Below, piece after piece: positions 9,798 to 19,903 of a stretch of DNA of 61,601 bases; the first letter of the stretch is position 1, and every line of letters begins with the position of its first letter. The notes beneath the pieces are model-generated. The model was given only the letters and a program-made list of their open reading frames with translations, was not told the DNA's origin and did not search any database. The stretch lies in NCBI GenBank assembly GCA_046050865.1, contig JBJOPG010000004.1, positions 1 to 61,601 of the forward strand. The letters are read 5' to 3'. The position numbers and the translations under genes were made by a program. The stretch is from Cyanobacteriota bacterium (GTDB lineage: Bacteria; Cyanobacteriota; Cyanobacteriia; Cyanobacteriales; Xenococcaceae).

Positions 9798-11096
9798 TTG
9801 CTAGATGAATTTATGCATAAACTACAGAAACTTTCGCCCAATAACAGATTAATTATTGCTTTATGTCTAGCTGGGTTAGCCCTGGTTGGAGTAACAACTA
9901 TTTATAGTGCTAGGCAAACCGCGACTACAGAAGAAACTGAAACAGTTAAGCCACAACCGATTAAGGCAGTGACCGCTCTAGGCAGAATTGAACCCCAAGG
10001 GCAGATGATCCAGCTTGCCCCCTCTCCAGATCTAGGAGGCTCAAAAATAGCAAAACTGATGGTGGAGGAAGGCGATCGCGTCACCTCAGGACAAGTTATT
10101 GCCTTGTTAGACAACCATCGACGTGCCACTGCGGCAGTAGAATTGGCGCGTCAGGAAGTAAAGGTCGCGGAGGCCGATTTAGCGATCGTCAAAGCAGGGG
10201 CGAAACAAGGTGCGATCAATGCTCAGTCAGCTAATTTAACCAGGGTTCAAGCAGAACTAGAAGGAGAATTAATCACTAACGAAGCTGAGGTATCTCGTTT
10301 GCAGGCCCAATTACGAACAGAAAGTGCTGAAAAACAAGCCACCAAAAGTCGCCTCCAGGCAGAATTGCGGAATGCCACTAGTGAATTTAAACGCTATCAA
10401 CAATTGGCACAGACAGGGGTAATATCTGAGTCGGAGTTAGATTCCCGTCGTCTAAAGCTAGATACCGCTCAAGCGGCGGTAGTGGAAGCTAATGCTAGTT
10501 ATAATCGCACTTTTGACACTCTGCAACAACAGATCAATCAAGCTCAAGCAGTAGCTAGGCAAAATAAAAATATGTTGCAAGCCCAAATTAAAGAGGCGGC
10601 CGCTACTCTAGAGAGTGTGGGGGAAGTACGCCCAGTAGATCTGATCAAAGCCCAGGCGGAAGTTGATCAGGCGATCGCGGCTTTACATCAAGCAGAGGAA
10701 GATCTAGAGCTGACTAAAGTGAAAGCTCCTGGGGAAGGGCAGATAATCAAAATCAATGCCTATCCAGGAGAAACAGTTGATGAAGATGGGATAGTAGAAT
10801 TTGCGCAAACCAACAACATGATGGTTGTTGCCGAAGTCTATGAAAGTGATATTGGCAAAGTGCGTCTAGGGCAAAGCGCCTCCATTACCAGCGAGACAGG
10901 AGCCTTTGACCAGGAGATTACAGGTGAAGTCAGTCGCATTGGTTTGAAAATCGGCAAGCAAGATGTCCTGAGTACCGACCCTGCTGCGGATGTGGATAGC
11001 AGAGTCGTGGAAGTCGAAATACACCTTGATCCTGAAACTAGTAGCCTAGTATCTAATCTGACTAACTCTAAAACAATGGTCAAAATTAATTTGTAA
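9798..11096 (+). CDS. devB: DevB-family (HlyD-like) membrane fusion protein
   Basis: VTALGRIEPQG, lipoyl half-motifs, long coiled coil, AEVYESDI, DPAADVDSRVVEV. Confidence 0.85.
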   Translation: MLDEFMHKLQKLSPNNRLIIALCLAGLALVGVTTIYSARQTATTEETETVKPQPIKAVTALGRIEPQGQMIQLAPSPDLGGSKIAKLMVEEGDRVTSGQVIALLDNHRRATAAVELARQEVKVAEADLAIVKAGAKQGAINAQSANLTRVQAELEGELITNEAEVSRLQAQLRTESAEKQATKSRLQAELRNATSEFKRYQQLAQTGVISESELDSRRLKLDTAQAAVVEANASYNRTFDTLQQQINQAQAVARQNKNMLQAQIKEAAATLESVGEVRPVDLIKAQAEVDQAIAALHQAEEDLELTKVKAPGEGQIIKINAYPGETVDEDGIVEFAQTNNMMVVAEVYESDIGKVRLGQSASITSETGAFDQEITGEVSRIGLKIGKQDVLSTDPAADVDSRVVEVEIHLDPETSSLVSNLTNSKTMVKINL

Positions 11097-11101
11097 CTAC
11101 A

Positions 11102-11221
11102 TAAATACTTAAACAAAATTAATTACACACTTGACTTGCTCTTTTACCCTTTACCCTTTACCCTTTCCCCTTTCCCCTTTTCCCGATCTTAACTAGGTAA
11201 TTAATTTTGCCTGACTACTTA
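11102..11221. mobile_element. MITE copy 1 (TAAGTA...AAAATTAATT TIR family) with internal heptamer repeats
   Basis: Near-identical to 41875-41979. Termini TAAATACTTAAACAAAATTAATTAC / GTAATTAATTTTGCCTGACTACTTA, internal TTTACCC/TTTCCCC repeats. Confidence 0.8.
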
Positions 11222-11246
11222 AACTATCAACTAATATCAACTAAAA

Positions 11247-12395
11247 ATGAAAACCCCCCTCTCTTGGTTGCAGTTAAGCCATGAAAAATCCCGTTTACTC
11301 ATTGCCCTAGCAGGGATTGGGTTTGCAGATATGTTGATGTTTATTCAGTTAGGTTTTCAGGCGGCTTTGTTTGACAGTAGTGTCACTTTCCATAAAGCCT
11401 TGGCAGGGGACATCTTTCTGATGAGTCCTCAATCTGATGCTCTCGGTTTTACCAAAACCTTTTCTGATCGACGGTTATATGAATCGGCAGCGATCGCCGA
11501 AGTGGAATCGGTAGTGCCTATATATCTCAACTATGGTTCTTGGAAAAACCCGATTAAACGCAATACTCGAACTATTTTAACTATTGCTTTTAACCCTGCT
11601 CAAAATCCTGTCAATTTCCCAGGTGTTCAGGAAAAAATCGATCAAATTCAACTACCTGATGTGGTGTTATTTGACGATAAATCGCGAATTGAATTTGGCC
11701 CAATTCCCGATTTACTCAAGCAAAATAAACCAGTCAAAGCAGAAGTTTCTGGACGCAAAGTTAGGGTAGCAGGCTTGTTTTCCATGGGAGCTTCTTTTGC
11801 TGCGGATGGCAATATTCTGACCAGCGATACCAATTTTTTACGCCTATTTACCGATCGCCAACGGGGTCTAATTGACGTGGGCATCATCAACCTTAAACCA
11901 GGAGCGGATTTGGCAGCGACTAAAGCCACCCTAAAATCAAAGCTACCTGAAGATGTGGACGTTTTTGATCAACAAGAATTTATTCAAAAAGAAATCACCT
12001 ATTGGAAAAATGCTACAGCCATCGGCTTTATTTTCACCTTGGGTACAGCGATCGGTTTTTTAGTCGGGATCGTGATTGTCTATCAGATTCTTTATACTGA
12101 CGTTGCTAATCATCTCCCTGAATATGCCACTCTCAAAGCAATGGGCTATAAAGACAGTTATTTTGTAGTTTTGGTCTTTCAAGAAGCCATAATCCTGGCG
12201 GTGCTGGGCTTTTTACCTGGTTATTTAATTGCGATCGGTTTATATAGTTTGGCAGCAGGGGCAACTGCCTTACCTTTGGCGATGACAGCCAGTCGAGCGA
12301 CAACGGTATTGATTCTGACTGTTATCATGTGCTGTGCTTCAGGTGCGGTTGCCGTCAAAAAATTAAGTGCTGCCGATCCAGCGGATATTTTCTAA
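11247..12395 (+). CDS. devC: DevC-family ABC transporter permease
   Basis: PLSWLQL..EKSRLLIALAGIGFADMLMFIQLGF, VIVYQILYTDV..HLPEYATLKAMGY, ADPADIF. Confidence 0.9.
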   Translation: MKTPLSWLQLSHEKSRLLIALAGIGFADMLMFIQLGFQAALFDSSVTFHKALAGDIFLMSPQSDALGFTKTFSDRRLYESAAIAEVESVVPIYLNYGSWKNPIKRNTRTILTIAFNPAQNPVNFPGVQEKIDQIQLPDVVLFDDKSRIEFGPIPDLLKQNKPVKAEVSGRKVRVAGLFSMGASFAADGNILTSDTNFLRLFTDRQRGLIDVGIINLKPGADLAATKATLKSKLPEDVDVFDQQEFIQKEITYWKNATAIGFIFTLGTAIGFLVGIVIVYQILYTDVANHLPEYATLKAMGYKDSYFVVLVFQEAIILAVLGFLPGYLIAIGLYSLAAGATALPLAMTASRATTVLILTVIMCCASGAVAVKKLSAADPADIF

Positions 12396-12457
12396 TCATT
12401 GCTAATGATTAATTTTCAGTTTTGGGCAAACTAGACTTAAGATTTGCCTAATTAAAC

Positions 12458-13444
12458 ATGACTGAAGAACAGATTTTAAATGCGATCGCCAATGTTTGTG
12501 AAGACGATACCTTACGCTTCCAAATAATTATTCAAGATGAAAGACTACATGTTTATATCAATCGACCAACTCAGGCAGAACTTAATTATCAAAACCTCAA
12601 GTCAAAAATCTATAGTGTAGTCACGGAAAAATTTCCCTTGGAATTTGCCGAAATTTGGCTCTATTGTCGGGTGTTGGGAGAGATGGAGGCAGATTGGCAA
12701 GCATTACTAGAAATCCAAATCAAAAGTTTAGATCCTGTCCAAACGTCTTCGATAATGAATGCAATTACAGGGGCAGTGGAGGCAACCAATTCAATTGTAG
12801 AAAAGATCAAACTAGAACTAGAAATTCCTGAACCCTTTGCGATCGACTGGTACGATTTTGAAGAATTACCGACAACAGAAGGGGAAGATAACCCAGAATT
12901 TGATCCAGAGTTATTAGACTCCATCGATCATGCTGTTTTTGAGTTAGATCTTAATCACTACTGTTTCATTAGTAATCAAAGGTTGCTATATGCAGTACTG
13001 ACTGCCCCGAAAGAAAATATTGCTCGACTAGTAGACACTTTTGATCGTTTTCCTCTGTCAACTAAGCGATCTCAATTACCCGTCTTAGAAATTTATTTCC
13101 ATCAGTCCATAAATCCTGACTTAGATACTTTAGAACCTGCCATCAAGCCATGGTGGAGTGAAATTACAGCCTTAGACTCCGATCAACAACGTCAGTTAGC
13201 AATTTGGTTGAGTCGCTATTGTTTGCATCCCGAACAAACTATTTCTACCATCTCCAAAGTTTTTATGCCTGCCATTGAAGGGAAAACTAAAAAATCCCCC
13301 TCTACCATAAAATCGATTCGGGGCAAGTTATTTCAACCAACTCCAAAGCAAAAAGACCATAACTCCAAAGCAAAACCTGGATTATTTGCGGGTTGGCTTA
13401 CTTTTCTCTCCAAGTTATTACACAAAGTTAATCCCAGTAAATAA
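12458..13444 (+). CDS. Hypothetical protein
   Basis: 328-aa ORF with ATG start and no recognised motif. Confidence 0.7.
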   Translation: MTEEQILNAIANVCEDDTLRFQIIIQDERLHVYINRPTQAELNYQNLKSKIYSVVTEKFPLEFAEIWLYCRVLGEMEADWQALLEIQIKSLDPVQTSSIMNAITGAVEATNSIVEKIKLELEIPEPFAIDWYDFEELPTTEGEDNPEFDPELLDSIDHAVFELDLNHYCFISNQRLLYAVLTAPKENIARLVDTFDRFPLSTKRSQLPVLEIYFHQSINPDLDTLEPAIKPWWSEITALDSDQQRQLAIWLSRYCLHPEQTISTISKVFMPAIEGKTKKSPSTIKSIRGKLFQPTPKQKDHNSKAKPGLFAGWLTFLSKLLHKVNPSK

Positions 13445-13650
13445 ATTTTTGGGTTGGCTGTGAATTTGTCTGATCTTTACTAAACTATTTTTAGTTTGGT
13501 AACTATTTAATTACAAAATAGTCATGAATTTATTGATTTTTCATCTTAAGGTAAAAATATTGTGAGTATACTACTGAAATACTTTTGCTCGGTAAAAATG
13601 GTGACATAGCAATAAAAAATACTTTAATTTCAATTTAGTTTCAAACAACT

Positions 13651-14214
13651 ATGAACCTTAAAATATTAACTGTCACAACTTTATTTTTAACTTTGGGTGC
13701 AACCGTTCCTGCCTGGAGTGCCAATCAAGATGAATTATTAACTTTTAAAAATACTCGTCAATGTGTTGACTGCAATCTTAGCGGAACTGATATTAGTCAA
13801 CAAAACTTGAGAAATGCTAATGTTGAAAGAGCTAATCTATACAATACTAATTTAGCTAATTCCGACTTAAGAGATGCTAATTTTAGCGATAGCAATTCCC
13901 AGAAAGCGAACTTTGATGGTTCGGACTTGAGAAATGTCAACTTTAGTTATGCTAACGTCAGTGGCGCGAATTTCTGCAATGCTGATGTCAGAGGAGTAAA
14001 TTGGAAAAGTGTTACCTATGATGAATCTACGAAGTGCCTTCCCAAAGAAGCATTAGAGCCTGCTTCTACAGTTACCACTAATAATCCTGCTCCCGCCAAC
14101 GGTTCTGCCGATTCTGGAAACTCTATTACAGAAGACGTGCAATCGGTGCAAAGAAATGTCGAATCCGTTAGAAGCACTACTAATACCATCAGAGATATTT
14201 TCAGACTATTTTAA
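13651..14214 (+). CDS. Secreted/lumenal pentapeptide-repeat protein
   Basis: Signal peptide, CxxCNL, A(N/D)LxxA(N/D)F repeats. Confidence 0.9.
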   Translation: MNLKILTVTTLFLTLGATVPAWSANQDELLTFKNTRQCVDCNLSGTDISQQNLRNANVERANLYNTNLANSDLRDANFSDSNSQKANFDGSDLRNVNFSYANVSGANFCNADVRGVNWKSVTYDESTKCLPKEALEPASTVTTNNPAPANGSADSGNSITEDVQSVQRNVESVRSTTNTIRDIFRLF

Positions 14215-14229
14215 ATGATGGATTCTTTG

Positions 14230-14277
14230 TAGACCTCTTGCCTCAATCGATAATATGGATTGTAATCAAGAGGTCTA
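14230..14277. repeat. Short inverted-repeat element (TAGACCTCTTG...CAAGAGGTCTA); possible MITE remnant or bidirectional terminator
   Basis: 11-bp perfect inverted repeat between convergent genes. A similar end (TGCAAGAGATCTA) lies at 17021-17033. Confidence 0.6.
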
Positions 14278-14285
14278 ATTTCGTC

Positions 14286-14927
14286 TCAACCACCATAGCC
14301 TTGATCCACCATTAGTTTTCCCCCATGGGCAGCGGCAACCGCTAGCCGATCGCATCTTTCATTTTCAAGGATGCCTGCATGAGCCTTTACCCAAACGAAC
14401 TCTACGTCATGGATCTTACAGAGATCGAGTAATTCCTGCCACAGATCAGGATTTTTTGCCATTTCTTTGGCATTTCTGCGCCAACCGTTAGCCTGCCATT
14501 TTTTTGCCCAACCTTTGACCACGGCATCAACTATATATTTCGAGTCACTGTGAAGCTTGACTTTTGCATTAGATTTGAGAGATTCTAATGCCGCGATCGC
14601 CCCCATCATTTCCATGCGATTGTTGGTAGTTAGTTTATAGCCAGCAGAGAGTTCTTCACGGCGATCGCCATCAATAATTACAGCACCATATCCTCCCTTG
14701 CCAGGATTCCCCGTACAGGCACCATCGGTATAGATAATAATGGTATCAGTGGAAGCAGAGGACAAAGATTTAGCTTGAGCTGGAGATTTTGGTTTAATCG
14801 TTAGCTTTGATTTAGTAACTGCCACTTTGGGTTGAAGAGTTTTAACGTAGCTAAGTAATTCAGGCAACAATGATTCAGGGATTGCCTCAACTTGCGCCAT
14901 AATCTCACTTTTATAATCCATTGCCAA
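14286..14927 (-). CDS. rnhA: Ribonuclease HI with N-terminal extension
   Basis: IYTDGACTGNPGKGG, TTNNRMEM, SDSKY, KNPDLW, WVKAHAG..ENERCDRLA. Confidence 0.93.
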   Translation of the reverse strand: MAMDYKSEIMAQVEAIPESLLPELLSYVKTLQPKVAVTKSKLTIKPKSPAQAKSLSSASTDTIIIYTDGACTGNPGKGGYGAVIIDGDRREELSAGYKLTTNNRMEMMGAIAALESLKSNAKVKLHSDSKYIVDAVVKGWAKKWQANGWRRNAKEMAKNPDLWQELLDLCKIHDVEFVWVKAHAGILENERCDRLAVAAAHGGKLMVDQGYGG

Positions 14928-15081
14928 GCTTAACCATTAATTTACGCTATTTATAATAGTTCATCTGAATTTAGAATTTGTGTTCTAAATTTAAGATCTT
15001 AAAATAATTGAAACAACTAAAGGGCTATATTTCCCGAAAGCATAGACTTAACAGTAGGAATTAAATTTATCTGCAATTAAT

Positions 15082-15930
15082 ATGCCTACAGTTGATGTTC
15101 GTGGAGTAGCTCATTATTACGAGTGGATTCGCCGTTCAGAGAATTCCGCTAAACCAGTAATGGTGTTTATTCATGGTTGGGGAGGATCGGGGAAATATTG
15201 GCGCAGCACCGCAGAGGCGATCGCCGATGATTTTGATTGTCTGCTCTATGATCTCCGTGGTTTTGGTCGTTCTCTGTTACCGTCAAATGCTCCAAATTTG
15301 GGCTACAAAATGGAAGATTATGCCGACGATTTAGCGCTGCTATTAGATGCCTTAAACCTTAAGGGAATCTATCTAAATGCTCATTCCATGGGAGCCTCCA
15401 TCGCTACATTTTTCCTCAACCGCTACCGCGACAGAGTACACCAGGCAATTCTCACCTGCAACGGAATTTTTGAATATGATGCCTTGGCTTTTGCTGTCTT
15501 TCATAAGTTTGGGGGTTATGTAGTCAAGTTTCGCTACAATTGGTTCTTGAAATTTCCTTTTGCCGACAGGATGTTTATGGCACGGTTTTTACATCGTCCC
15601 ATTGCTCAAAGCGATCGCCGAGAATTTTTAGCGGATTTTCTCCTAGCGGATTACGAAGCTGCGGTCGGCACGATTTATACTTCCGTTAGCAAAGAAGCAG
15701 TGGAAACTATGCCCCAAGAATTTGCCCAACTCACAGTACCTACCCTAATGGTGTCAGGAGAAAAAGATATTATCATTCCCGCCAGCATGGGTAGACAAGC
15801 CGCAGCTTTAAACGACAAGATTCAATATGTAGAACTCCCAAAAACCGCTCATTTCCCAATGCTAGAAGATGAACCAACCTATTTGCAGACAATTAGAAAA
15901 TTTTTGCAGGTTGGTAGCGTTGTCGCATAA
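15082..15930 (+). CDS. Alpha/beta hydrolase
   Basis: FIHGWGGS, YDLRGFGRS, AHSMG nucleophile elbow, GEKD, AHFPMLE. Confidence 0.9.
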   Translation: MPTVDVRGVAHYYEWIRRSENSAKPVMVFIHGWGGSGKYWRSTAEAIADDFDCLLYDLRGFGRSLLPSNAPNLGYKMEDYADDLALLLDALNLKGIYLNAHSMGASIATFFLNRYRDRVHQAILTCNGIFEYDALAFAVFHKFGGYVVKFRYNWFLKFPFADRMFMARFLHRPIAQSDRREFLADFLLADYEAAVGTIYTSVSKEAVETMPQEFAQLTVPTLMVSGEKDIIIPASMGRQAAALNDKIQYVELPKTAHFPMLEDEPTYLQTIRKFLQVGSVVA

Positions 15931-16008
15931 TTTCATCTGAGTTCGTATGGAAGTTAGAAGCTAGGAGCTAGAAGCTAAAAGCTAAAAGCTATCTCAACAG
16001 TTTAATCC

Positions 16009-16407
16009 TTAAGAATGTTCTTGAAGATAATTATTCGCCATAGTTTTTAAGCGATCGCCCTCAAAGATATAATTATCAATCAATTCTTTCATCTTAATTT
16101 GAGGTTGCTGTGCTTTTTGCTGTTGTTGTCTCTCCCGATGCTCGGCTCTATTGCCTCGTCTGGTAACATGGTTAGCCAGGTGATGTTCCCCAAAAATATG
16201 TAGTCCAATGGCTGCTACTTCATCTAAACCAAAAGAAGCCTCTGGTTGCTTCATCTCTTGCAGTTTGGTATTTACTTCTTGTTTAAACTGATTAAGCTTT
16301 AACTGTGCTTGATTAATTCGTTGGAGTTGTTGACGTACAGATTGAGGATTATCTAGATTCAGATAAAGTTCAGCCGATACTTGTTTAATTTGTTGCAGAT
16401 TAGTCAT
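16009..16407 (-). CDS. Hypothetical Gln-rich coiled-coil protein
   Basis: 132-aa ORF with heptad-rich helices flanking a short hydrophobic segment. Confidence 0.65.
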   Translation of the reverse strand: MTNLQQIKQVSAELYLNLDNPQSVRQQLQRINQAQLKLNQFKQEVNTKLQEMKQPEASFGLDEVAAIGLHIFGEHHLANHVTRRGNRAEHRERQQQQKAQQPQIKMKELIDNYIFEGDRLKTMANNYLQEHS

Positions 16408-16509
16408 GACACCAAGATCAAAAATAAGCTAGAAAATTGCCTTAATTCTATTCCAGAGCAGCCGAAAATAGTATCTTAAGCAAAAAAATATTGGAAAAAA
16501 CAAAAAAAC

Positions 16510-16938
16510 ATGACTGATCAGACTGTGGATTTAGCTAACTCTCCAGATCAAGAGTTGATTGCCCAACTAGAGCTAGCAACCAAAGATCTATTGTGGTTTA
16601 GTGAAGCAGAATCTCCGATTCAAGTTGTTTATTGGCATGATGCAGCTAGTTTCACTCAAGATACATTATTACAGCAGCAGCAATATCCTCCTGATACCAA
16701 AATAACAATTCAAGAGTTCCATTCCTTTTTTACCGTCGCTACTAAGCAAGAAACTTGGCATAACGAGGTGGAACAATTTCAAGTAGTGAAATATCAAAAT
16801 TTAGTCAGTTTGATGACCGCAAATCTCACGGATCTCAAAGTATATCTACTAGGAGAGGTGCAAATTGCTGCTTATATTTTGGGGACAACTCGCAATAAAG
16901 CGATCGCCGGTTTAACCACTTCTATTGTTGCTACTTAA
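16510..16938 (+). CDS. Nuclease A inhibitor (NuiA) family protein
   Basis: LLWFSEAESP, FF...W, L.DLKVYLLGEVQI..YILG...AGLTT.IV.T pattern. Confidence 0.8.
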   Translation: MTDQTVDLANSPDQELIAQLELATKDLLWFSEAESPIQVVYWHDAASFTQDTLLQQQQYPPDTKITIQEFHSFFTVATKQETWHNEVEQFQVVKYQNLVSLMTANLTDLKVYLLGEVQIAAYILGTTRNKAIAGLTTSIVAT

Positions 16939-16949
16939 ATTGCTATTAA

Positions 16950-17033
16950 CTTTCGAGAAGCAAATTAACTTACTGAGGCTGGGAAAAGAGAAAAGGGAAA
17001 AAGAATTGATCTTTTATTCATGCAAGAGATCTA
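16950..17033 (+). repeat. Dispersed intergenic repeat (AGAAACAAATTAATTTGCTNAGRCTGGGAAA family), copy 1
   Basis: Similar copies at 27461-27574 (-), 45526-45576 and 55176-55280, each followed by purine heptamer runs. Confidence 0.6.
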
Positions 17034-17305
17034 TTATTGTAAAATTGGTGTTGTTTTACGAAGTATCAGCCCCCAATACCTAACAAAAAAGAACAACAAC
17101 ACTAGAGTTCAGTCCCAATGGACCAAGTTAATTTAACAATAAATACGAATTTAGTCTTATCTTTAACTTTTGCTGGTCTTATATAAAATGTAAATTCTCT
17201 CAATTTAACCTCTTTAACCTCAACATTGATGATCAAAATTAAAAGTTAACTAAACACCAAGTCAAGTGCTAGGGCTATCCCTACAAGTTCGATTTAATTA
17301 GAAAA

Positions 17306-18304
17306 ATGAATATGAGAGTCATCGACAACCCTGAAAACCCAAACGAAACATTAAACAAGGATAACTTTACTAAAAACCCTATTAAAATAGCCGTCTGTGT
17401 CATTACCTGCTTCCGACCCGACGGACTGAAGAGATTGTTAGAGGGGGTGGCAAAGCAAAAATTCACGAAAAATCCAATCCCAGATATTCGACTTGTGATT
17501 GTGGACAATGATGCCGAAGGTTCTGCCAAAAGGGTTTGCGATGATTTTACAGCCCACCATGAGATCCAACTACTCTATGATATTGAGAAACAAAGAGGTA
17601 TCCCTTTCGCTCGCAATCATTCGGTAGATCTAGCCAAGAATGATGTGGACTTTATTGCCATTATGGATGATGACGAAGTACCAGCAGAAAATTGGCTAGA
17701 TGAGTTGATGACTGCTCAACAAGAATTCTCTGCCGATATTCTGACTGGACCAGTGCAACCTCATTTTATCGAACCACCTGCTGATTGGCTAGAGAGCTTC
17801 TTTGGTAGCGGGAATCTGTCCAATGGCGCAAATTTGTGTCATAACTATTTATACGCCTATACTAGCAACCTTTTTGCCAAAGCAGAATTGTTTCAACAGA
17901 TTCGTTTTGATGAGCAGTTTCGTTCTAATGGAGCGGATGATACTCATTTGTTTATGCAGGTTTATCAGAAGGGATATAAGGCTGTTTGGGCAGACAACGC
18001 TTGGGTAACAGAATGGCTGCCCGCAAGTCGAACTAACTATAAGTGGTTGTGGCAAAGAGCTTATCGTCGTGGAAATGGGTTCGCCTTTTGTGAATTAGTG
18101 CAAAATAGATCTTTAGCCACAAGAATTCAGCGATTTAGTAAAGGCATTTTCCGTCTGGGACAGGGGCTATTGACGGCAGCTATTTCTTTTGGTCGCAAAG
18201 CAGTCTTTGTTAAAGGTATTCAAACTTCCTTTTTGGGAGTCGGCATGATTACAGGTAGTTTTGGTAGTGAATATCAAGAATATAAGACTATTCACCCTGT
18301 CTAA
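17306..18304 (+). CDS. GT2 glycosyltransferase (ExoM-like)
   Basis: IVDND, GIPFARN, MDDDE, FDEQF...GADD motifs. Confidence 0.88.
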   Translation: MNMRVIDNPENPNETLNKDNFTKNPIKIAVCVITCFRPDGLKRLLEGVAKQKFTKNPIPDIRLVIVDNDAEGSAKRVCDDFTAHHEIQLLYDIEKQRGIPFARNHSVDLAKNDVDFIAIMDDDEVPAENWLDELMTAQQEFSADILTGPVQPHFIEPPADWLESFFGSGNLSNGANLCHNYLYAYTSNLFAKAELFQQIRFDEQFRSNGADDTHLFMQVYQKGYKAVWADNAWVTEWLPASRTNYKWLWQRAYRRGNGFAFCELVQNRSLATRIQRFSKGIFRLGQGLLTAAISFGRKAVFVKGIQTSFLGVGMITGSFGSEYQEYKTIHPV

Positions 18305-18606
18305 TTCCACTGTCGTCCCATTATTTTTTGACCAACTGCTTAAACAACAAAATCATCAGAGAATGCAACTAGACAAAACGTAAAACTTCTTCATAAAGAA
18401 TTATTTCTAATTTATGGGGATTTCATCAAACTTCTTCTTCTTCATTTTTCAGAAGAGAAAATCTTGCTAGCTAAAATAATTAAGCAAGTGAATTACTTAC
18501 AGTAAGATCTCCTATTCTTCAATCGATAAACGTATTTAATTTTACTGATTTCACACCGATAGCAGTACATCATAATATCTAATTGTTACCTCCTAGTGAC
18601 TGCTTA

Positions 18607-18669
18607 TTTTCTCAGCAATTTTACTGATTAGCTATCCAGTTTTCTCAGCAATTTTACTGATTAGCTATC
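18607..18669. repeat. Perfect 30-bp direct repeat x2, each copy containing the palindrome TCAGCA-N4-TACTGA
   Basis: TTTTCTCAGCAATTTTACTGATTAGCTATC at 18607-18636 and 18640-18669 (33-bp period). Confidence 0.9.
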
Positions 18670-18832
18670 GACATATTTATCAATTCAATGTATTATTACA
18701 GAGGCTTAGCAGTAAATATACTTAATAATAAATACTCACAACTCCCTTGAAACTTCTTGAGCTTCAAGTTTTTATTAAAAGTTGAGTAATTGAGGTTAAT
18801 AAGCAGTTAAAAGCAGTTAAAAATAATAAAAG

Positions 18833-19900
18833 TTGAATATGGGTGTAGCAATTATTACTGGTTCTGCTGGTTTGATCGGCTCAGAAGCCGTCAGATTTTT
18901 CAGTGCTTTGGGAATGGATGTTGTCGGTATAGATAATGATATGCGTAAATTTTTCTTTGGCGAAGAAGCTTCCACAAAGTGGAATCGCCAAAGGCTAGAA
19001 AAGGAAGTTGATAACTATCAACATCGCGAAGTAGATATCCGCGATTACGATGCCATCAAAGAAATATTTCAGCACTTTGGTAATGACATATCCCTAATTA
19101 TTCATACGGCAGCCCAACCATCTCATGATTGGGCTGCCCAAGATCCGTTTTCCGACTTTACAGTTAATGCCAATGGCACATTAAATCTTCTTCAAGCCAC
19201 CCGTGAATATTGTCCTGATGCGGTTTTTATCTTCACCTCGACAAATAAGGTGTATGGGGACTTACCTAACTTCTTACCCTTGAAAGAGTTGGAGCAACGT
19301 TGGGAAATTGATTCAAGTCATGAGTATGCTCAAGGAATCCCTGAGACGATGAGCATTGACCAGTGCAAACACTCTTTATTCGGTGCTTCTAAGGTGGCGG
19401 CAGACGTATTAGTTCAAGAATATGGTCGTTACTTTGGCATTCGTACCGCTTCGTTTAGAGGGGGTTGTTTAACAGGCCCCAATCATTCTGGGACTGAATT
19501 ACACGGATTTTTGGCATATCTAGTTAAGTGTACTGTTATCGGTAAGCCTTATACTATTTATGGCTACAAAGGAAAGCAAGTTCGCGATAATATTCACTCT
19601 TCGGACTTAATTGCGGCATTTTATGAGTTTTATAAAAATCCTCGCATCGCCGAAGTTTATAACATTGGTGGGGGGAGAGAAAGTAATTGCTCGATGCTAG
19701 AGGCGATCGCCATTGCCCAAGAACTTTCTGGTAATACGTTGGATTACTCGTATACAGATAACAATCGCAGTGGCGATCACATCTGGTACGTTAGCGATTT
19801 ATCAAAGTTTAAAGCTCATTACCCAGAATGGTCACTCAAATATGACATTAAGCAAATTTTGTCAGAGATTTACGCAAGTGGTGTGGAGAGATGGAATTAA
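18833..19900 (+). CDS. NAD-dependent epimerase/dehydratase (CDP-paratose 2-epimerase-like)
   Basis: [41 protein letters not shown] at 18839 is the likely start. Confidence 0.88.
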   Translation: MNMGVAIITGSAGLIGSEAVRFFSALGMDVVGIDNDMRKFFFGEEASTKWNRQRLEKEVDNYQHREVDIRDYDAIKEIFQHFGNDISLIIHTAAQPSHDWAAQDPFSDFTVNANGTLNLLQATREYCPDAVFIFTSTNKVYGDLPNFLPLKELEQRWEIDSSHEYAQGIPETMSIDQCKHSLFGASKVAADVLVQEYGRYFGIRTASFRGGCLTGPNHSGTELHGFLAYLVKCTVIGKPYTIYGYKGKQVRDNIHSSDLIAAFYEFYKNPRIAEVYNIGGGRESNCSMLEAIAIAQELSGNTLDYSYTDNNRSGDHIWYVSDLSKFKAHYPEWSLKYDIKQILSEIYASGVERWN

Positions 19901-19903
19901 AAA

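Noticed and set aside
16510-16938. nuiA without nucA as a broken nuclease-inhibitor pair
   Set aside because: Orphan NuiA-like paralogues are common in cyanobacteria, and nothing else here suggests a system.
18607-18669. 30-bp direct repeat as a mini-CRISPR
   Set aside because: There are only two copies, separated by 3 bp, with no spacer and no cas genes.
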